DNA of 64,000 bases from Camelus dromedarius. Lineage: Eukaryota. The stretch is taken from assembly GCF_036321535.1 (NCBI RefSeq), contig NC_087436.1, positions 86,740,001-86,804,000 of the forward strand, read 5' to 3'. Positions within the stretch are counted from its first letter, which is position 1. Each line of letters starts with the position of its first letter. The notes under the pieces are model-generated. The model did no database searches. It was not told where the DNA came from and saw only the letters and a program-made list of their open reading frames with translations. Below are positions 1 through 13,886 of the stretch, piece by piece. Position numbers and translations under genes: made by a program.

Positions 1-619
1 AATAGTTACACAAATTATGCCAAAATTTAAATTATTTTGTAAACTTCCTTTCAATTGCCCTTCATTGCATTATTTACAAAAGTTTAACATTACAAAACAT
101 CTAAAAAGAAATTGTGAAACACCCAAATAATGGATTATGAACTATTTATAAAGTGTTACTTATCAAAAAACCTTAGTAACCTAGGAGAACATTTACCACA
201 TGTCAAGATGAAAAAAGTAAAAGCAGAATATCACATAAATCATTCATTACAATTTTGTTTCAATCTACAAGGACAAAAAGATTGGGAAAGCAACAAAGTA
301 CAGAACTTTAAAAGCAGATTAAAAAAAAAATAGTAACTGACTTAGCCAAAAAGAATCTGAAACCTAAGTCACAAATGAGAAAGCAAAGATGTATTGATTT
401 TCACAAGATCTCCAAAGATTCAGGAATTGACAACACTAGCTGCCAGAACATTTCAGCCAGCCAATATAAATATAAGCCCTCTAGGCAGGATACTAGACTG
501 TCTTCTCTGAAAACTCAAGATTATCACAAAAGGAAGAAACAAAAAGCAAAACAATGTAAAGATAATGACATCAGGGACTGTGAAAAATGCTTTGCCCTAC
601 AGTAAAGCTTACAATCAGC

Positions 620-1220
620 AAGTTCTACCCACAAGCACAGAGCTTCCAACCATCTTTTCAGTGGCCCATACTCTCATGAGTTAATAATGGCCAAGGATCA
701 ACAAATATTTGAGAACAGTCAAAGTCAGAAGCCAAAAATAACAAACTTAAAAAATCAACTTGGAGAAAATAGACAATGCACAAAAAGAAAACCTAACACA
801 AACAAACACCCTACCATTAAGATCTTTTGAGAGACAAGAGGGAGAAGATAACATCGCATCATTGCATGCATAAATAAGAATAGGATGCTACAGTTAAAAA
901 GTGAAGAGAAGCATTATAATGCTGAAGAAGCAGCCCAGATAATGGAAAGCAAAGAGATACAGGATGAGAGAATATCTAAGAAAATTAAAGGACCAGGAGA
1001 AGGAGGTCCAATTTTTGAATAAGAGGTCCAAAAAGACAGAAAAAAGCAGAGAAAAAAGTTTAAAAGTGATAGAAGAAATTATCTCCAAAATGAAGGCTAT
1101 GTACTTTTAGATTAAGAAGGTACAAATGAATGCTTGCTACAACAGATGATAACACATCAAGACATAGGCTTACGAAATTCACAACACTGGTGACAAAGCT
1201 CACACATCCAAAGGAAAAAA
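620..1220 (+). mobile_element. Ancient L1M/HAL1-like ORF1 fragment (approximate)
   Basis: A-rich degenerate ORF1-like sequence (AGGAGGTCCAAT...AGAAGAAATT...TTTTAGATTAAGAAGG...ACATCAAGACAT). Confidence 0.5.
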
Positions 1221-1549
1221 ATCATCTATGCCTGTGTGCACACATAGACATAACATTTTAAGAGAAGGTTGTGGTCAATTTTTCTTATATACACATCACC
1301 CATCCTCACTAGTCACTCTTCTTTTGCCCTCACCCCAAATCATGTTAAAATGTCGATAAATCACTGAGGCACTATAATAAACACATAGGGGTTCATTTGT
1401 ACTATTCTATCTACTTGCTAGTATGTTTGAAAATGTACTTACTAAAAAGTAAAAATAGTTAAAGATGCTGATGGGTAGCTTATCTCTCACTTGACTAAGG
1501 ATGAAAAAATATCTTTACAGTAGATATGAAAATAACTTACAATTATTAA

Positions 1550-2185
1550 GTCTGTTCTTTTGTCCATTCACCAATATAAGTCTGGGTTCTTATTCATTCC
1601 ACACCTACAGTACTCCAGCAGCTCCCTATCTGGTCTCTGATTCCCTGTTTTCCCCTTACATTCTATAGTTTATCCTGGTGCTAGTTCTTTTTCTAAAAAC
1701 TGGATTTGCTCATGCTATTCTCCTACCAAGAACTTTCAAATGGCTTTCTATTGCCTACTGCCTACATGCCTGCAGGCTAGTTTAAGATTAAGGTCTTTCT
1801 CACCATGGCCCCATTTCTACCATTTCCAGGCTTTTCTCCTCCATTTCTCATCCACCCCAACTCTTCTTTCATGCTATCTGTTCTTGTTCGCATTGCTCTC
1901 TCTGCCTACAATGTTCTATACTTCTCTTTCCTGCTAATGAAAACTCATACATATTTCACTTATCACATCCTAGTCAAACCCTTCTGGACTCTGCAATGTA
2001 GGATAACCCACTCTCCCCTCTGAATTTTGTCAATACACCCATATAACACTTGTCACAATACATTATGGTTATTAGCTCACATGTACACATCACTCAGATT
2101 AGGAGCTCCCTGAATACAGAAGACTCTGCTTTACTACAGCATCTAGCACAGTGCTGGGCACACTGAAGATGCTCAGATACATCAA
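1550..2185 (+). mobile_element. LINE-2 fragment (approximate)
   Basis: Pyrimidine-rich body with L2 3' motif TAGCACAGTGCTGGGCACACTGAAGATGCTCA. Confidence 0.6.
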
Positions 2186-4604
2186 GAAAGTTGGGCAAGT
2201 TTCTTTTTCCCCCTTCTATCTCTTTCTCATCAATCCTAGTAATTACAGTTCAAATGGTGGATAAGAGGACAAGAGCTTGGACTTCATCCAACCAAACCAT
2301 ACACTGCTACCAGAACAGTGTTACTTATAAGTCACTCTCCTGATCACTAACAGGCAGTGATCCAACTAATTCCGCCAACTCATCATTCTGGTTTCTAAGC
2401 TTTCTAATATTAAACCATACCCTAAAAAACCATGTCTTCTATTTTTCTCCAAAAAGAACTCTCTGATCCAGTAAGGGTGATTTCTTAAATAATCCTCTAA
2501 TCTACTTCTACTCAATTAAAACAAATTTCTCTGCCCAAGCCATTTCCTTAATCTGTACCACTTTTTTTTCTCTCTTCTCCACACTCTCAAGGTTCTGATT
2601 AAAACAGCATATGCTTCCCTACTATTGTATCCCACTTTAAACTTAAAAAAAAAATAGAAAAAATCTATACACAGCACCAATATAATTTCTAATCCCACAG
2701 TAATCAACTCTCATTTCTCCAATTTCTATAGCATTTTTGTCTAAAATACACATTTTGGCACTTAATACCTAAGAAATTTACCACTGCATATTTGGGATAC
2801 CAATTACATTTTTATAATTTTTCTGGTATTCTCCATAGTTACAGAATGGATAGTAAAGGACAACTAATACTTTTTCAAAGAATAATCGTCCCACAGAAAT
2901 CTGAACAAGGATAATTCTTAAATTTATTTAAGGTGACAGAAACATTTCTGAAACTCAATGTAAATCAAGCTCCCACCTTACCATTAGTTGCAGATTTTGA
3001 GTACTATCAATAAAATATATCCTACAGACCACAATATACATAAAGAAAAAATGTGAGCCATACACATTATTGAAATACACACCCTATTCCCAAATCAGTA
3101 TTTCCAACAGATGAGTAATATCTAGGCACATTATTAAGACAAAACAAAACAAAACAAAACAAAAAAAAACCATGAGACTACACCCATCAAATTCAAGTCC
3201 TTATTCATTCAGAAGCAAATGAATCAGCATGGAACAAAGACCTCTCACATAACCAAAAGAAACTTCAAAATAATTTTTCTACAGACTATATGTATATGAA
3301 AACCTCATTCACAATGACTACCTTTAACAAAAGACCAGACCATAGAAGTATCTTTTTATTTTTTAGTTTTAGAAGTTTACTTCAAAAAGACAAAGTGTAG
3401 AGAAACTGGTAGTTTAAAAAGGCAGTTCTCATTTTTGTTAGAAGAAAATAAAAAGCACCACTGCAAACAATTTCAACATCAAGATAACTTTTCTATCTAC
3501 TCACTTCAGTAGTGAAAACAATATATTGAATGCCCAAGTAAGTACTTATCACCAAAAAGAACCTAATGACTATTTAAAATAAGATAGACATCATCACATA
3601 TTTTCAAAATATTTATAGCAGAACAAGAACCAAATACTTACCCAAGTAGGATGTAAATTAAAATTAAGTTCTCTATACAGAACTGTGTCCAGCAGAGCAG
3701 TTACATCTGCGGATATAGCACATGCATTGCATAAGGCAGTATTTTGGTGGACAGGGCTGTAGCCCCAAAGGGACACAGAAAAGTTCCTGCCCATAAAAGT
3801 TCCCTGAGTATATAACCCAATCTAAAAGTCACTCCCAGTCTTTATCCCATTGTCGTTCAATACAAGAATTAAGAATTAAGGTAAAGGAAGAAGAGCATAC
3901 AATCAGGATTTAAGAAAAGTTTGTAGGTTGCCATGTACTAAGCAAGTATGAAAATATACTATTATTCTTTGAACTGATCATATGGAATGGAGAAATCAGA
4001 AGTCAGACTCGATACCCAAGCAGTAGAACCAACCTGCAAGGCCCTCATGAAATCTACTCCTTTTAAACATTAATTTAAAAAATCAATAGCTTTATCCAAA
4101 TCTGTTGAGGCTTTCTTGGCAACTCTCAAAGAATGCCTACAATTCTTGAGATACCTTCAACTACAAGAGACATTACACCAATGATTTTAGTGTCATACAG
4201 ATAATAAGCAGTACACCATCTACCTTACCAATTTTAAACAGAAAATTAGGAAAAACAACTCTCCAGTTCTGGTAAAGATTATAGCAGGGTCTACAATGAA
4301 TGCTTAGCCTGTTGGCATCAACTTTTATATCCTACAAACAAACATACACTGTGACTCAAAATAAAATCACAACATATAGCAAGAATAGCTTTACTTGGCA
4401 TTTGTTAGTATAATATACTATAATTCACATGCTTGCAAAAGTGGAGATAAAACAACAATCAGCAAATTTGTAAGTCACCAGAAAGCTGAAGGTTTGGAAA
4501 AAAGGTAGCTATTTCCACTTTAATCTTGTCCCTTGAGTAGTGGTATGGGAGCAGACTCAAGAACAAAAAATGAGAGCAACCAAGGATAATTTACTAAAAT
4601 TCAC

Positions 4605-4673
4605 CTTAAAAAGATTGAATCTGCCATCTTGGATCTCTGCACCTGGTGTAACTTCCATAGTACAGTCTTCGGC
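4605..4673 (-). CDS. FIP1L1: FIP1L1 coding exon 9 (69 nt, symmetric phase 0-0)
   Basis: TAG| acceptor, encodes [31 protein letters not shown] donor; later exons not found, presumably left of the window. Confidence 0.93.
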
Positions 4674-4964
4674 CTAAGTTAAATAACATATTCCCCATTA
4701 AGATACCACATAACGTTTAATTGACAGGCCACATAAAGACAAACTAGCTGTGGCTAGTCTGCAACTTGAAACTAAAAACATCAGATAATCATTAATATGA
4801 AACTCTGAAAGGGAAGGAAGGGAAAAAAACAAACATGGTAAAATGAAATTTTTAAACTATCATATAGCATTTAACCACCTTTATAGGGAAAAACTGATTT
4901 ATTTAGGGAGTAAAATTGGGACAGTAGAAAAGGCTGGGATTTTTTTGGAATATTTACTAATTAC

Positions 4965-5095
4965 CGTAATTTTATTTGTAGTAGAGGTAACTGGTATAAC
5001 TTCAAGTCCCATTCGTATCCTCTTTTGCTTTTCACAGTACGCTTTCCAGGTATCTTCATTAAACCCATAATTAAAATAATCAGAAAGATCAGCAC
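4965..5095 (-). CDS. FIP1L1: FIP1L1 coding exon 8 (131 nt; core Fip1 motif)
   Basis: Encodes (G)[43 protein letters not shown], the conserved CPSF30-binding Fip1 motif; canonical AG/GT. Confidence 0.97.
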
Positions 5096-5514
5096 CTAAA
5101 ATTAAAACACACTTTCAGTGTATAAAGATTTCAATTCTATTTTCATGCAGCATATAAAATACAATAAACTATGAAATATAAATTTACAGTTCTATCAGTC
5201 TAATCACCCCTTCTAACTTTACCATTTCTCCCAATTACCACCATAAAGCAACAGGACTATAAAAGTTTTCGATCAAAATTATTTCCTTTAGAAATGGCAC
5301 CATAATAAAACAATATGCAAAGTCTACTTTTATATAATGCTAGACCACCCATAAGCTTTAATAATACAGGTCATTATTACTCATCAAGTGCTTAAAGCAA
5401 TGGGAATTACATTTAAAAAATAATATGCTAAACTGATGCTAGAAAAAAGCTTTTCTAATGACTGTTTATATATTACAAGTCTTTTGAAACTGACATGATC
5501 CACAATAATCTTAC

Positions 5515-5622
5515 CAGGTTTACGCCATGGTTTATCTTCAAAAGAATCCAAATCTACCTCCAAAAGGGGAACTCCATTAATGCTTCCAGGTGCATCAAGA
5601 TCTACCCCTTTGACTTTCGTTC
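5515..5622 (-). CDS. FIP1L1: FIP1L1 coding exon 7 (108 nt; start of Fip1 motif)
   Basis: Encodes (G)[35 protein letters not shown](G); CTG|GTAAGA donor. Confidence 0.96.
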
Positions 5623-5869
5623 CTACTTTAGAAAATTACAGAATGGTGAAGGAACTACATAGTAAGAAGCTGAGAGACATCACAAACAGAAATCATTGAC
5701 ATCTTTTTACTCTTGCTAACACTAAATATGGCAAAGATTTCAAACAAAGCATAAATAAAAAGTGAGGTCAAAGTTTATGGAGTAGCTATAAGATAAAATG
5801 AATAGAGAGATTAGGGACTTGTTGACTTATAATAGTGAGTTTCTATACCAACAAGAAGTTGTTATCTTC

Positions 5870-6052
5870 CATGTTTTAAATCATTGTTTTTGTAAAGCCT
5901 ATAAGCTAAGAAAGATTTTTACCTTTTTAAAGGGTTGTAGAACAAACAAACAAAACAAAAACACACACACACACATGACAGGAACCCAATGTGGCCCACA
6001 CAGTCTAAAATATTTATTATCTAGCCTAACAGAAAAGTATGCCCACTCTATG
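5870..6052. mobile_element. hAT-Charlie DNA transposon fossil (MER58-like)
   Basis: AAGCTAAGAA...TTTTTACCTTTTTAAAGGGTTG...TGGCCCAC...CTAAAATATTTA..ATCT..CC...ACAGAAAAG pattern. Confidence 0.6.
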
Positions 6053-6170
6053 ACATATGGTCAAAAACTGCTCTTTTTAATTAAGCTGTCATAGCTATCT
6101 ATTACAATCCACACATGACCTATTCAGATATATGCCTTACTTCCTACTGATGCAACAATATAAATTTTAC

Positions 6171-6235
6171 CTGTGGTTCCATAAACTCTTCCTCCTGTTT
6201 TGATGTTAAGATTTACAGGTGCTGTACCATAACTC
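6171..6235 (-). CDS. FIP1L1: FIP1L1 coding exon 6 (65 nt)
   Basis: TTTTAG| acceptor, encodes (G)[21 protein letters not shown](G), CAG|GTAAA donor. Confidence 0.95.
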
Positions 6236-9200
6236 CTAAAAGCAAAATAATAAAAATTATCCTGAGACATTTAAAGTAAACAAAAACAGTCAATATGTAC
6301 AAATAAATTATACATTCACATATTAACTGGATAGACTAACACCCAAATATTTTAGAAAATCTTTTAAACTAATTTAAAAAGTCTGTCACTTGCTAAATAA
6401 AAGATAAAAACAAATATTTTTTAAAAGTCTGATAAACCTACCCACTAGTAACTCAATATCCCACTGTAACAAACTTCCCAGAAATTTGACTGGGAAGGGT
6501 AAAATAGCTTATAGGCCTTATTTTCATTTCCTCACCTCCCAGTCACTCAACTGGACTTGTGAAAACGCACTGCTTTGATCTACCTAATAATTTCCATCCT
6601 TTGTCTCCAATGTACTAAACTTATGAGACCTAGGTTATTCTGCTTAAAAAAAAAAAGATAAATTCAATAAAATATTCCAATAATTGTATAAAGAAAGCTC
6701 CACTACTATACATGCAGAAAGTATGAAGTAGCCCATAAATAAACTCTTACTGTCAAGTATTACTACCATCACCAACTTGAAATGTTTAATCATCTCATTG
6801 ACTATAATAAATGCTTGAGCACCAACAACACATCACATACAGTTCTAAGCTAAGGAGAATGAGGCGCTGGACAAATATGGTTCCTGCCCCATGATATTTA
6901 CATTTCAACAACCTAAATTCAGCACAGCAAAAGCACTTTGACATATCTACACATAATGTACAAAAGTCCTAGCTGTTTGAGAGTCAAAGTACTGAAGCCA
7001 AGATCTGTTTCTAAATGATCCTCTATGGCACTGTTAGAGAATAAATCAAAACAGTATTTATAAAAGACTTACTACAGTTCATTAAGTGAACTTCTTTGCT
7101 TCCCAACCAGCTACTTTCCCTTCCCCGTTCTGCCTTTTTAAAACATTATCTTTCTTTTTCAAAGTCACCAAGCCCTCATATTAATTGTGTGTAGAGATTA
7201 GTGGATGAATTTCAAAGATATAGCTGAGAAACCACTCCATTATACAAGGTAAATTACTCCTATCCTAAGATTTCCTTTTCTTCACACCTTACTTATAAAA
7301 TAAACTCTGTAACAAAACTCTGTATATTATCTAAAAAAATGCTAATTTTTACTTTCCAACAGCCAACAGTAAACCACTTTAGTATTGCTACTTAAAAATA
7401 ATTTGTTCTTTAAATTTGTTTCTGAAAATGCAGTGCATACACACACACAAAAAATTCATCAACTTTGTTTTTTCCCTGGCTTTTAGTTTTCAATGGATAT
7501 CAATGTTAAATATGCTTTATACTCCTCAGAAAGATCTTTAACTTACTCTGAATGTATACAGAAACAAACACACACAAAAAAGTTATAATAAGTGGGCAGA
7601 GACGTATATATATGATAAAGCAAACACAGCAAGATGTAAATTATATAAGATAAGTCATGAGTAAAAGGATGTTTACATCACATCTTTCAACTTTTTTAAT
7701 GTCTGAAAATTTTCATAATCAAATGTTGAGGAAAAAATGTTCAAAGACAACTGTGTTTTTAACATGCAGTCTATATAGTAAATATTTACTAAATACTATA
7801 CGTAATGTAAGGAATAGAAAAATTCATAAACCATGGTTTCTACACAAAGAATTTAGAGTCTAAAGGTGATAAACATGCGCAAACATAGCCTCAAATCATG
7901 AAACTGGAAACTGCTATAAGAAATAAAGTTCAGATAAAGTACTACAGGAGTCCATGTGTATTTAATATTTGCATTCAAGTCTAATCAAAATTTGGTCTCA
8001 TTAATAAAAAAAAAAATCACCATTTGCTTTAATTGTTCTATACTTGCAAATACAAATAATTTTACAGAATATTTACTAAATATGCAATGATTATTATAGT
8101 ATTACGTTAAAATATTCCTTCTGCATAATGCAGATGGTAAAGGCCTATTAGTGTAAAGGTTTACTAGTGTCATAAGGTCAACACTAATTATTTACTTTAA
8201 GTGGGGATGAGGAGAACATCAAGAGTTATCCTAACACGAATAATTTAGTCTTTTCAATCCTGCTCCCTAAAATGCTGCTAGTCTTAAAATTACATAAGCA
8301 GTCATTATTATAATGCAAAACTGATGATGACAACTGAATTACTTTTAAGCTTCCTGAAATAACTTTTGAAAAAAATGGATCTACTGAAGAAATAAGATAT
8401 TCAAAAATATTTATGTATATATTCATTCCAGATAAGACTGTTTAATGAACCACAGTGCAATTAAAGAAGGGTTTATTTTATGTGCCCAATGCACAAGTAC
8501 CACATTACACATCCAATCTGAAAAACATAGTGTCAACTCTTATTCTACCACCATAAAAAAAAAAAGTCACAATCTGTACTTTATGCCCTTCCAATCTTTC
8601 TGTAAAATTCTTATGTGCTCAATGAGTCAATGACAGTCCATTTACTAGATCCAGCTTTACTGACTGTAAACCTTGAGACAACATATTGGCCTAAATAGCC
8701 TGCAGAATAATTAGCAACCTGAAAAATACACCATGAAAAGCAAAAAGAAATACTTTCACTATTGTTTTTATTGGACAGAAAATTTAAAACCTAAACTCAG
8801 ATTTGGGTAAGTAATAAACTGTAAAAACAATATACATGCAAACAGCAACTTAAGGTCTTCTAATTTTAATCAAAGAATCTGGAGTACTCAATGCACTTAT
8901 AAAAACACTTCAATTTCAAGAATCAAAAAACTGCTGCTTTCATGTAACTTCACTTAATTTATCTTTAGGAAAAAATATTTTCATGAGATGTAACTAATAT
9001 ATATATAACACTGTACTAATTTTAGGTGTGTAACAATAATTTGATATATATATATAAAAATTGCAAAATGATTATCGTAAGTTTAGTTAGCATCCATTAC
9101 CACACAGTTACAAATGTTTTTCACTTGTGATGAGAAGTTTTACTTACTCTCTTAGCAACTCATTAGGTGAAATTTTAACAAGTCCTTTCATAACATGGTA

Positions 9201-9301
9201 AGATGGAAGAATGTAAAAACAATGGAATCAACCACTAATTGTCTGACAGAGGCATACTGCCTTTGATTTAAGCACGCAATTGTTACTTAAAAACAACTTA
9301 C

Positions 9302-9405
9302 CCATACTGTGGTGCTCCCGTTTTAATGTCTCCTATAGTGACATGAACGTCATCCTCATCATCATCACTGTCACTATCACTATCATCTTCAGTCTCAGTC
9401 ACTTT
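9302..9405 (-). CDS. FIP1L1: FIP1L1 coding exon 5 (104 nt, acidic region)
   Basis: TAG| acceptor, encodes [34 protein letters not shown](G), GG|GTAAGT donor. Confidence 0.96.
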
Positions 9406-10532
9406 CTATACCAATATAAACAATCATAAAATACACTCAATAATCCATTTCAACATCTAATATGAATAACTGAAAAGGTAATCAGTTTGCATTTTTTGAG
9501 CTAGTTTTATAGGAAAAAGTTATAGTGCTGCTAGCTATTTCAACTCATTTACAATTTTGATGTTTTACATGATAAAAAGGGATAGGAATGTAAAGTAAAA
9601 CCTTCTCTCAGTCAACATCTTTTTGTAAATAACACCTCATTTTTCCCCCTGCTATTTATAACTCTCTCTTGCAAAAAAAGATCTAAAGCAATGTACTAAA
9701 ATATCTAGAAGATAAATTATTTTTTAAAAAGTATTTGAGGCATTCTTAGCAAAAAGAACATGAAGGTAAGAGGAAAACAATTAACTTAAAGAGTCACAGT
9801 GTCATGGCTAAAAGTACCAAATAGTTAAGAAGCAGCTTACTTATTCCTGGCATTCATTTACATGTAAAAGAAGTCCTGCATGCAAATGACTGAGGGAATA
9901 CTTTGATTCTGAGTAAAAGCAGGGCCATTTATGAAGATTTTCTTTTGGCTCTAAAAGGCTGTTCTATGCTTAGTCACATAATAGTAAATTTAAAAAGTAG
10001 ATCACCTAGGCTAAACAATTTTTTGTATGCAAGTTCAAGTTTGCAGAGTAACAATTTCCTCCTTTTCACAAGACTAAACTGTTAAAATACTCATGGGGAC
10101 CAATGATTTGTTCACACCCAAACATCACTTTTAACAGTATGAGGTCAGACGTCACTTATATATATAAAAAAAAAATGCTAAAAAACGTGACAATCAAACT
10201 TAAGTTGCAAGATTCGGTGTTTGCTTTGAAAACCAGGTTCACTGTGATCTATCTAGTTGATCTACAACCACTTGGTTCCTTGAAAGTTAAAGTAATAAAT
10301 ATCAAGCCTTTGCACATACTCTACTTCATCTGAAGTCTCCTCCCACTATTTCTTCTCATGGTTATGCTTTTTTGATGGCACCAGATGACACAGGAAGTAT
10401 AAAGGGGGAGGGGGCAGATCATGCAAAATATTGAAAGTCATGTTAAATTTTGGTATTCTTTCTAAGCGAATGGGAAACTATAGATAAGGATTTTAAATAG
10501 AGAAGTAACCAGATCTCAAAGCCTTATGTTAC

Positions 10533-10590
10533 CGGTTTAGGTACGCCGTTTTCAGCAGTTTCATCTTCAACTCCAGATGGAGGATTAGCA
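10533..10590 (-). CDS. FIP1L1: FIP1L1 coding exon 4 (58 nt)
   Basis: TTGTTTCTAG| acceptor, encodes (S)[27 protein letters not shown] donor. Confidence 0.95.
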
Positions 10591-12283
10591 CTAGAAACAA
10601 CAAAAACAAGTACACGTCTATTACTTTTCTGAAGTACAGACATAGCACACTAGCATTTTTAAGCTATGTCTGATACAGTTTCCCGAAATTACCATCTCCA
10701 ATGGACGATAAGAAAAAAGACAGTAGAAACTGCTTGTCTTACTCCGCTATTCTTAATGCCTTATGTAAAACATGAATATTCAACACTCGAAGAAAAATGG
10801 AATTGCCTCCGCAATTTAATGATGTCAAATGTGCAATCTGATGGTGGGGTGTTGGGTTTTTTACATTTTCAAAATATGCATCACACTTAATCAATTTTAC
10901 TTATCCTAAAACTGCTGAACATCCAGGTACTCTGGGAACTGATAAAGGCTATGTAACACACAGTTGCCCGTTTTCAGTGGTGCTCAAGGAACTCAGATTT
11001 GTGGTATTACCAGATTAACTCTTTCAGTATTCAGTTAACACACATGCTTCTTCCTGGTTTTCTATTTCATCAATCTTACTGACTACATATTCTTTGTTGT
11101 TTATCTTCATATAAGGCTGCCTCTCAACATGATACTAGGAGCTCTAGACCTAATTTCTATGCATTAAAACTATAATTACTTTTTTAAGGCCAGTTAATAC
11201 TTAACAGGCAAACACCCTGTTGCAGCAAAATTTATAACAATAATCACTCTTATTCTCATGAGATGCAAGCATATGGCCATCAACCATGAAATTCAACTTC
11301 TAGTATTACAGTACTACAGTATATTCTAACTTTTCTCTTAAATTTTCATTGTTCTACTGCTTTACCCAAGAAACCTATATGCAACTCTAACTCTTCAGTA
11401 CATTTCTCAGGAACAAGCTGAGTTGCTTTTTATGCCACAAAACAGTAGTATGTCATCCAAAAGTTGGATAAATAAAACATGACAATTAGAGACACTGCAA
11501 TGCAATGGTTAAGAACAGTTTTAATAATGGGCCAGTCACAAAGAAGCTGGGGAAAACTCTAATTGTATGCAGTTGGCTCAATAGGGCAATGCAGTGTGTA
11601 CCACACTGGATACTAGAACACAGGTTTGGCAGAGCTCTCTCCCCTAATAGACTTTTAAAAGTTTTAATTCTGTATTACCATTAAAATGCTAGAAACACAA
11701 AATTATAGGCTTTTTCTAGAAAAATAAAATTTTAAGGGTACACCTTTTCCTTTGGATGAAATAATTTCTTTCCAAATAAAGTGTTAATAAGGAATATAAA
11801 GGAAATAAAGGAATTTTGTCAGTGATGGGGAAAGTAGAAGGGTTCCTCTCCAATCAATTTAATCAAGCTGTATATTGAGGAATTAAAATTAAGGAATGTT
11901 TAATCAGAAAATAAGCTTTCAGAACCATAGCCAAGAACTAATATTAACAAAATAGAAAAAAAGTTAGTTCACAAAAATGTGGGTATTATTATTATAATTT
12001 CTTGGGCTTAAACAGGATATGAAGAAATATTTAACTACTTTCGTAACTATAAACTATACAAATCCCAACTCTATGGTTAACTGAGATAAGGATTAGGAAC
12101 GGGGTTGGATATATACATTTCAAAACTAAATGACAAGATTTCAGATGATACAGCAATGCTAAAAAAAAAAAAAAAAACAAAACCCTTCCAACATAGGGGA
12201 TATTTTTAAGTGAGGAAGAAAACTCTAATTTCAACAACCCCTAAACTATTTCTACTTCACTTCTCACTTCTTCCCTCCATTCA

Positions 12284-13020
12284 CTTTTTTTTAAAATAAC
12301 AGTTTTGTAACATAATTCATATACCATACAATCCACTCATTTGAAGTGTACAACTGAAAAGTTTTTAAGTATGTTCACAGAACAGTGCAACTCTCACAAC
12401 TATCTAATTTCCAGAACATTTTCATCATCCCAAAAAGAAACCTTATATATATGTAGTATATATATGTAGTTGCTCTCCGTTTTCCTGTCCTGGCAATCAC
12501 TACCTTCTGTATTCACCTATTCTGCACATCTAATATAATTAGAAATAAAATATGGAGTCCTTCATGACTGGCTTCTTTCACTTAGTATAATGTTTTCAAG
12601 ATTCACCCATGTTCTACCATGTATCAGTACTTCATTTCTTTATAACTGCCAAATAGTATTTCACTGTATGGATACACTACTTTTCTAAATGTGTCCACTC
12701 ATCATTTGATGGACCCTTGGGTTATTTCCAATTTTTGGCTATTAAGAATAATGCTGCTATGTACATTCACATAAAGTGTTTGTGTGATGTATGTTTTAAT
12801 TTCTCTAAGGAATATATCTAGGACTAGAATTCCTGGATCATATGGTAGCTCTATGTTTAAACTTTTGAGGAACTATCAAACTGTTTTCCACAGTAGCTGC
12901 ACCACTTTATAATCCTATCATCAGTATGTAAGGGTCCCAAGTTCTCCCTATCTTCAACACCTGTTACTACCACTCTTTCTGCCTACAGCCACCTTAGTTG
13001 TTGTGAAGTGGTATTTCCTT
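12284..13020 (-). mobile_element. Old L1 (L1MB-like) 3' end
   Basis: Poly-T followed by typical antisense L1M 3' UTR/ORF2 end (CTTCTTTCACTTAGTATAATG, GGATCATATGGTAG, AACTGTTTTCCACAG). Confidence 0.8.
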
Positions 13021-13698
13021 CTCTTTATAAACGCAAATATTCCTTAAAAGCCCTTTTTGTAAAAACCTCTTCCCCATTATAAGACACTAAAGCATCTGCT
13101 CAGTGTAATGTCAGCATATCTATGTACTTATATGCAAGACTTGTTATGAAATTTAAAATAACTTTCTGGCTCCCTCTACATGCTCTGTAAATTATACTCA
13201 GACTTCTCTAGTAATCTAACAGAGGCAATCAATCTTATAACAAATTCATTACTTCCACTTTGAATTTTAAATAACTACAAAACATTCAAGTTATAACCAA
13301 ACTACATTACACCATCAAAAATATTTAAGAAGTTGTAAAAGTAGTTACCCAAAGAATTACCTATTTTTAAAAAGTTTAAGTTAAAAGTTTTTTCCTAGTA
13401 GTCTAAGTTATATCCTGTATACTCCACTATTGAGCTCACTTAAGAGTACAAAGTTATTTAATAGAGAAAAATATTCAAACCCTTACTTCAAAAACTTGTT
13501 GTTCCCTAGGCTACTACCAAATAAACAGATTTGGTATAAAATTTGGACCTGAAATAGAATACACTCTAAAGGATGCAATGTCTCCCAACACTTCAGTCAA
13601 AATGTAATCAAGCCAATGACTATAATGAAATAATTCTGACAATTTGGCGATAGAGCCATTGTACAAGTACCACACAATCATCAAGAAATTTCACTAAC

Positions 13699-13738
13699 CT
13701 GGCATTTTCTTCTTCTGGCCTTTCAACTTCATTTTCAT
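13699..13738 (-). CDS. FIP1L1: FIP1L1 coding exon 3 (40 nt)
   Basis: T-rich tract + TAG|, encodes (D)ENEVERPEEENA(S), AG|GTTAGT donor. Confidence 0.95.
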
Positions 13739-13841
13739 CTACCAAAAAAAATACATAAATAAATAAATAAAATTAACAAACAAACCACTCTTAAAGAAAC
13801 CGGTATTATGAAAATCTGAAGTGATCATCACAAGCACTAAC

Positions 13842-13886
13842 CTAGGTCCTTTGCCAAATCACTGTGCACATGCACGTCCCATGGGC
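13842..13886 (-). CDS. FIP1L1: FIP1L1 coding exon 2 (45 nt, symmetric phase 1-1)
   Basis: TAG| acceptor, encodes (G)PWDVHVHSDLAKDL, AG|GTTAGT donor; frame continuous with exons 1 and 3. Confidence 0.93.
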   Translation of the reverse strand, partial: AHGTCMCTVIWQRT

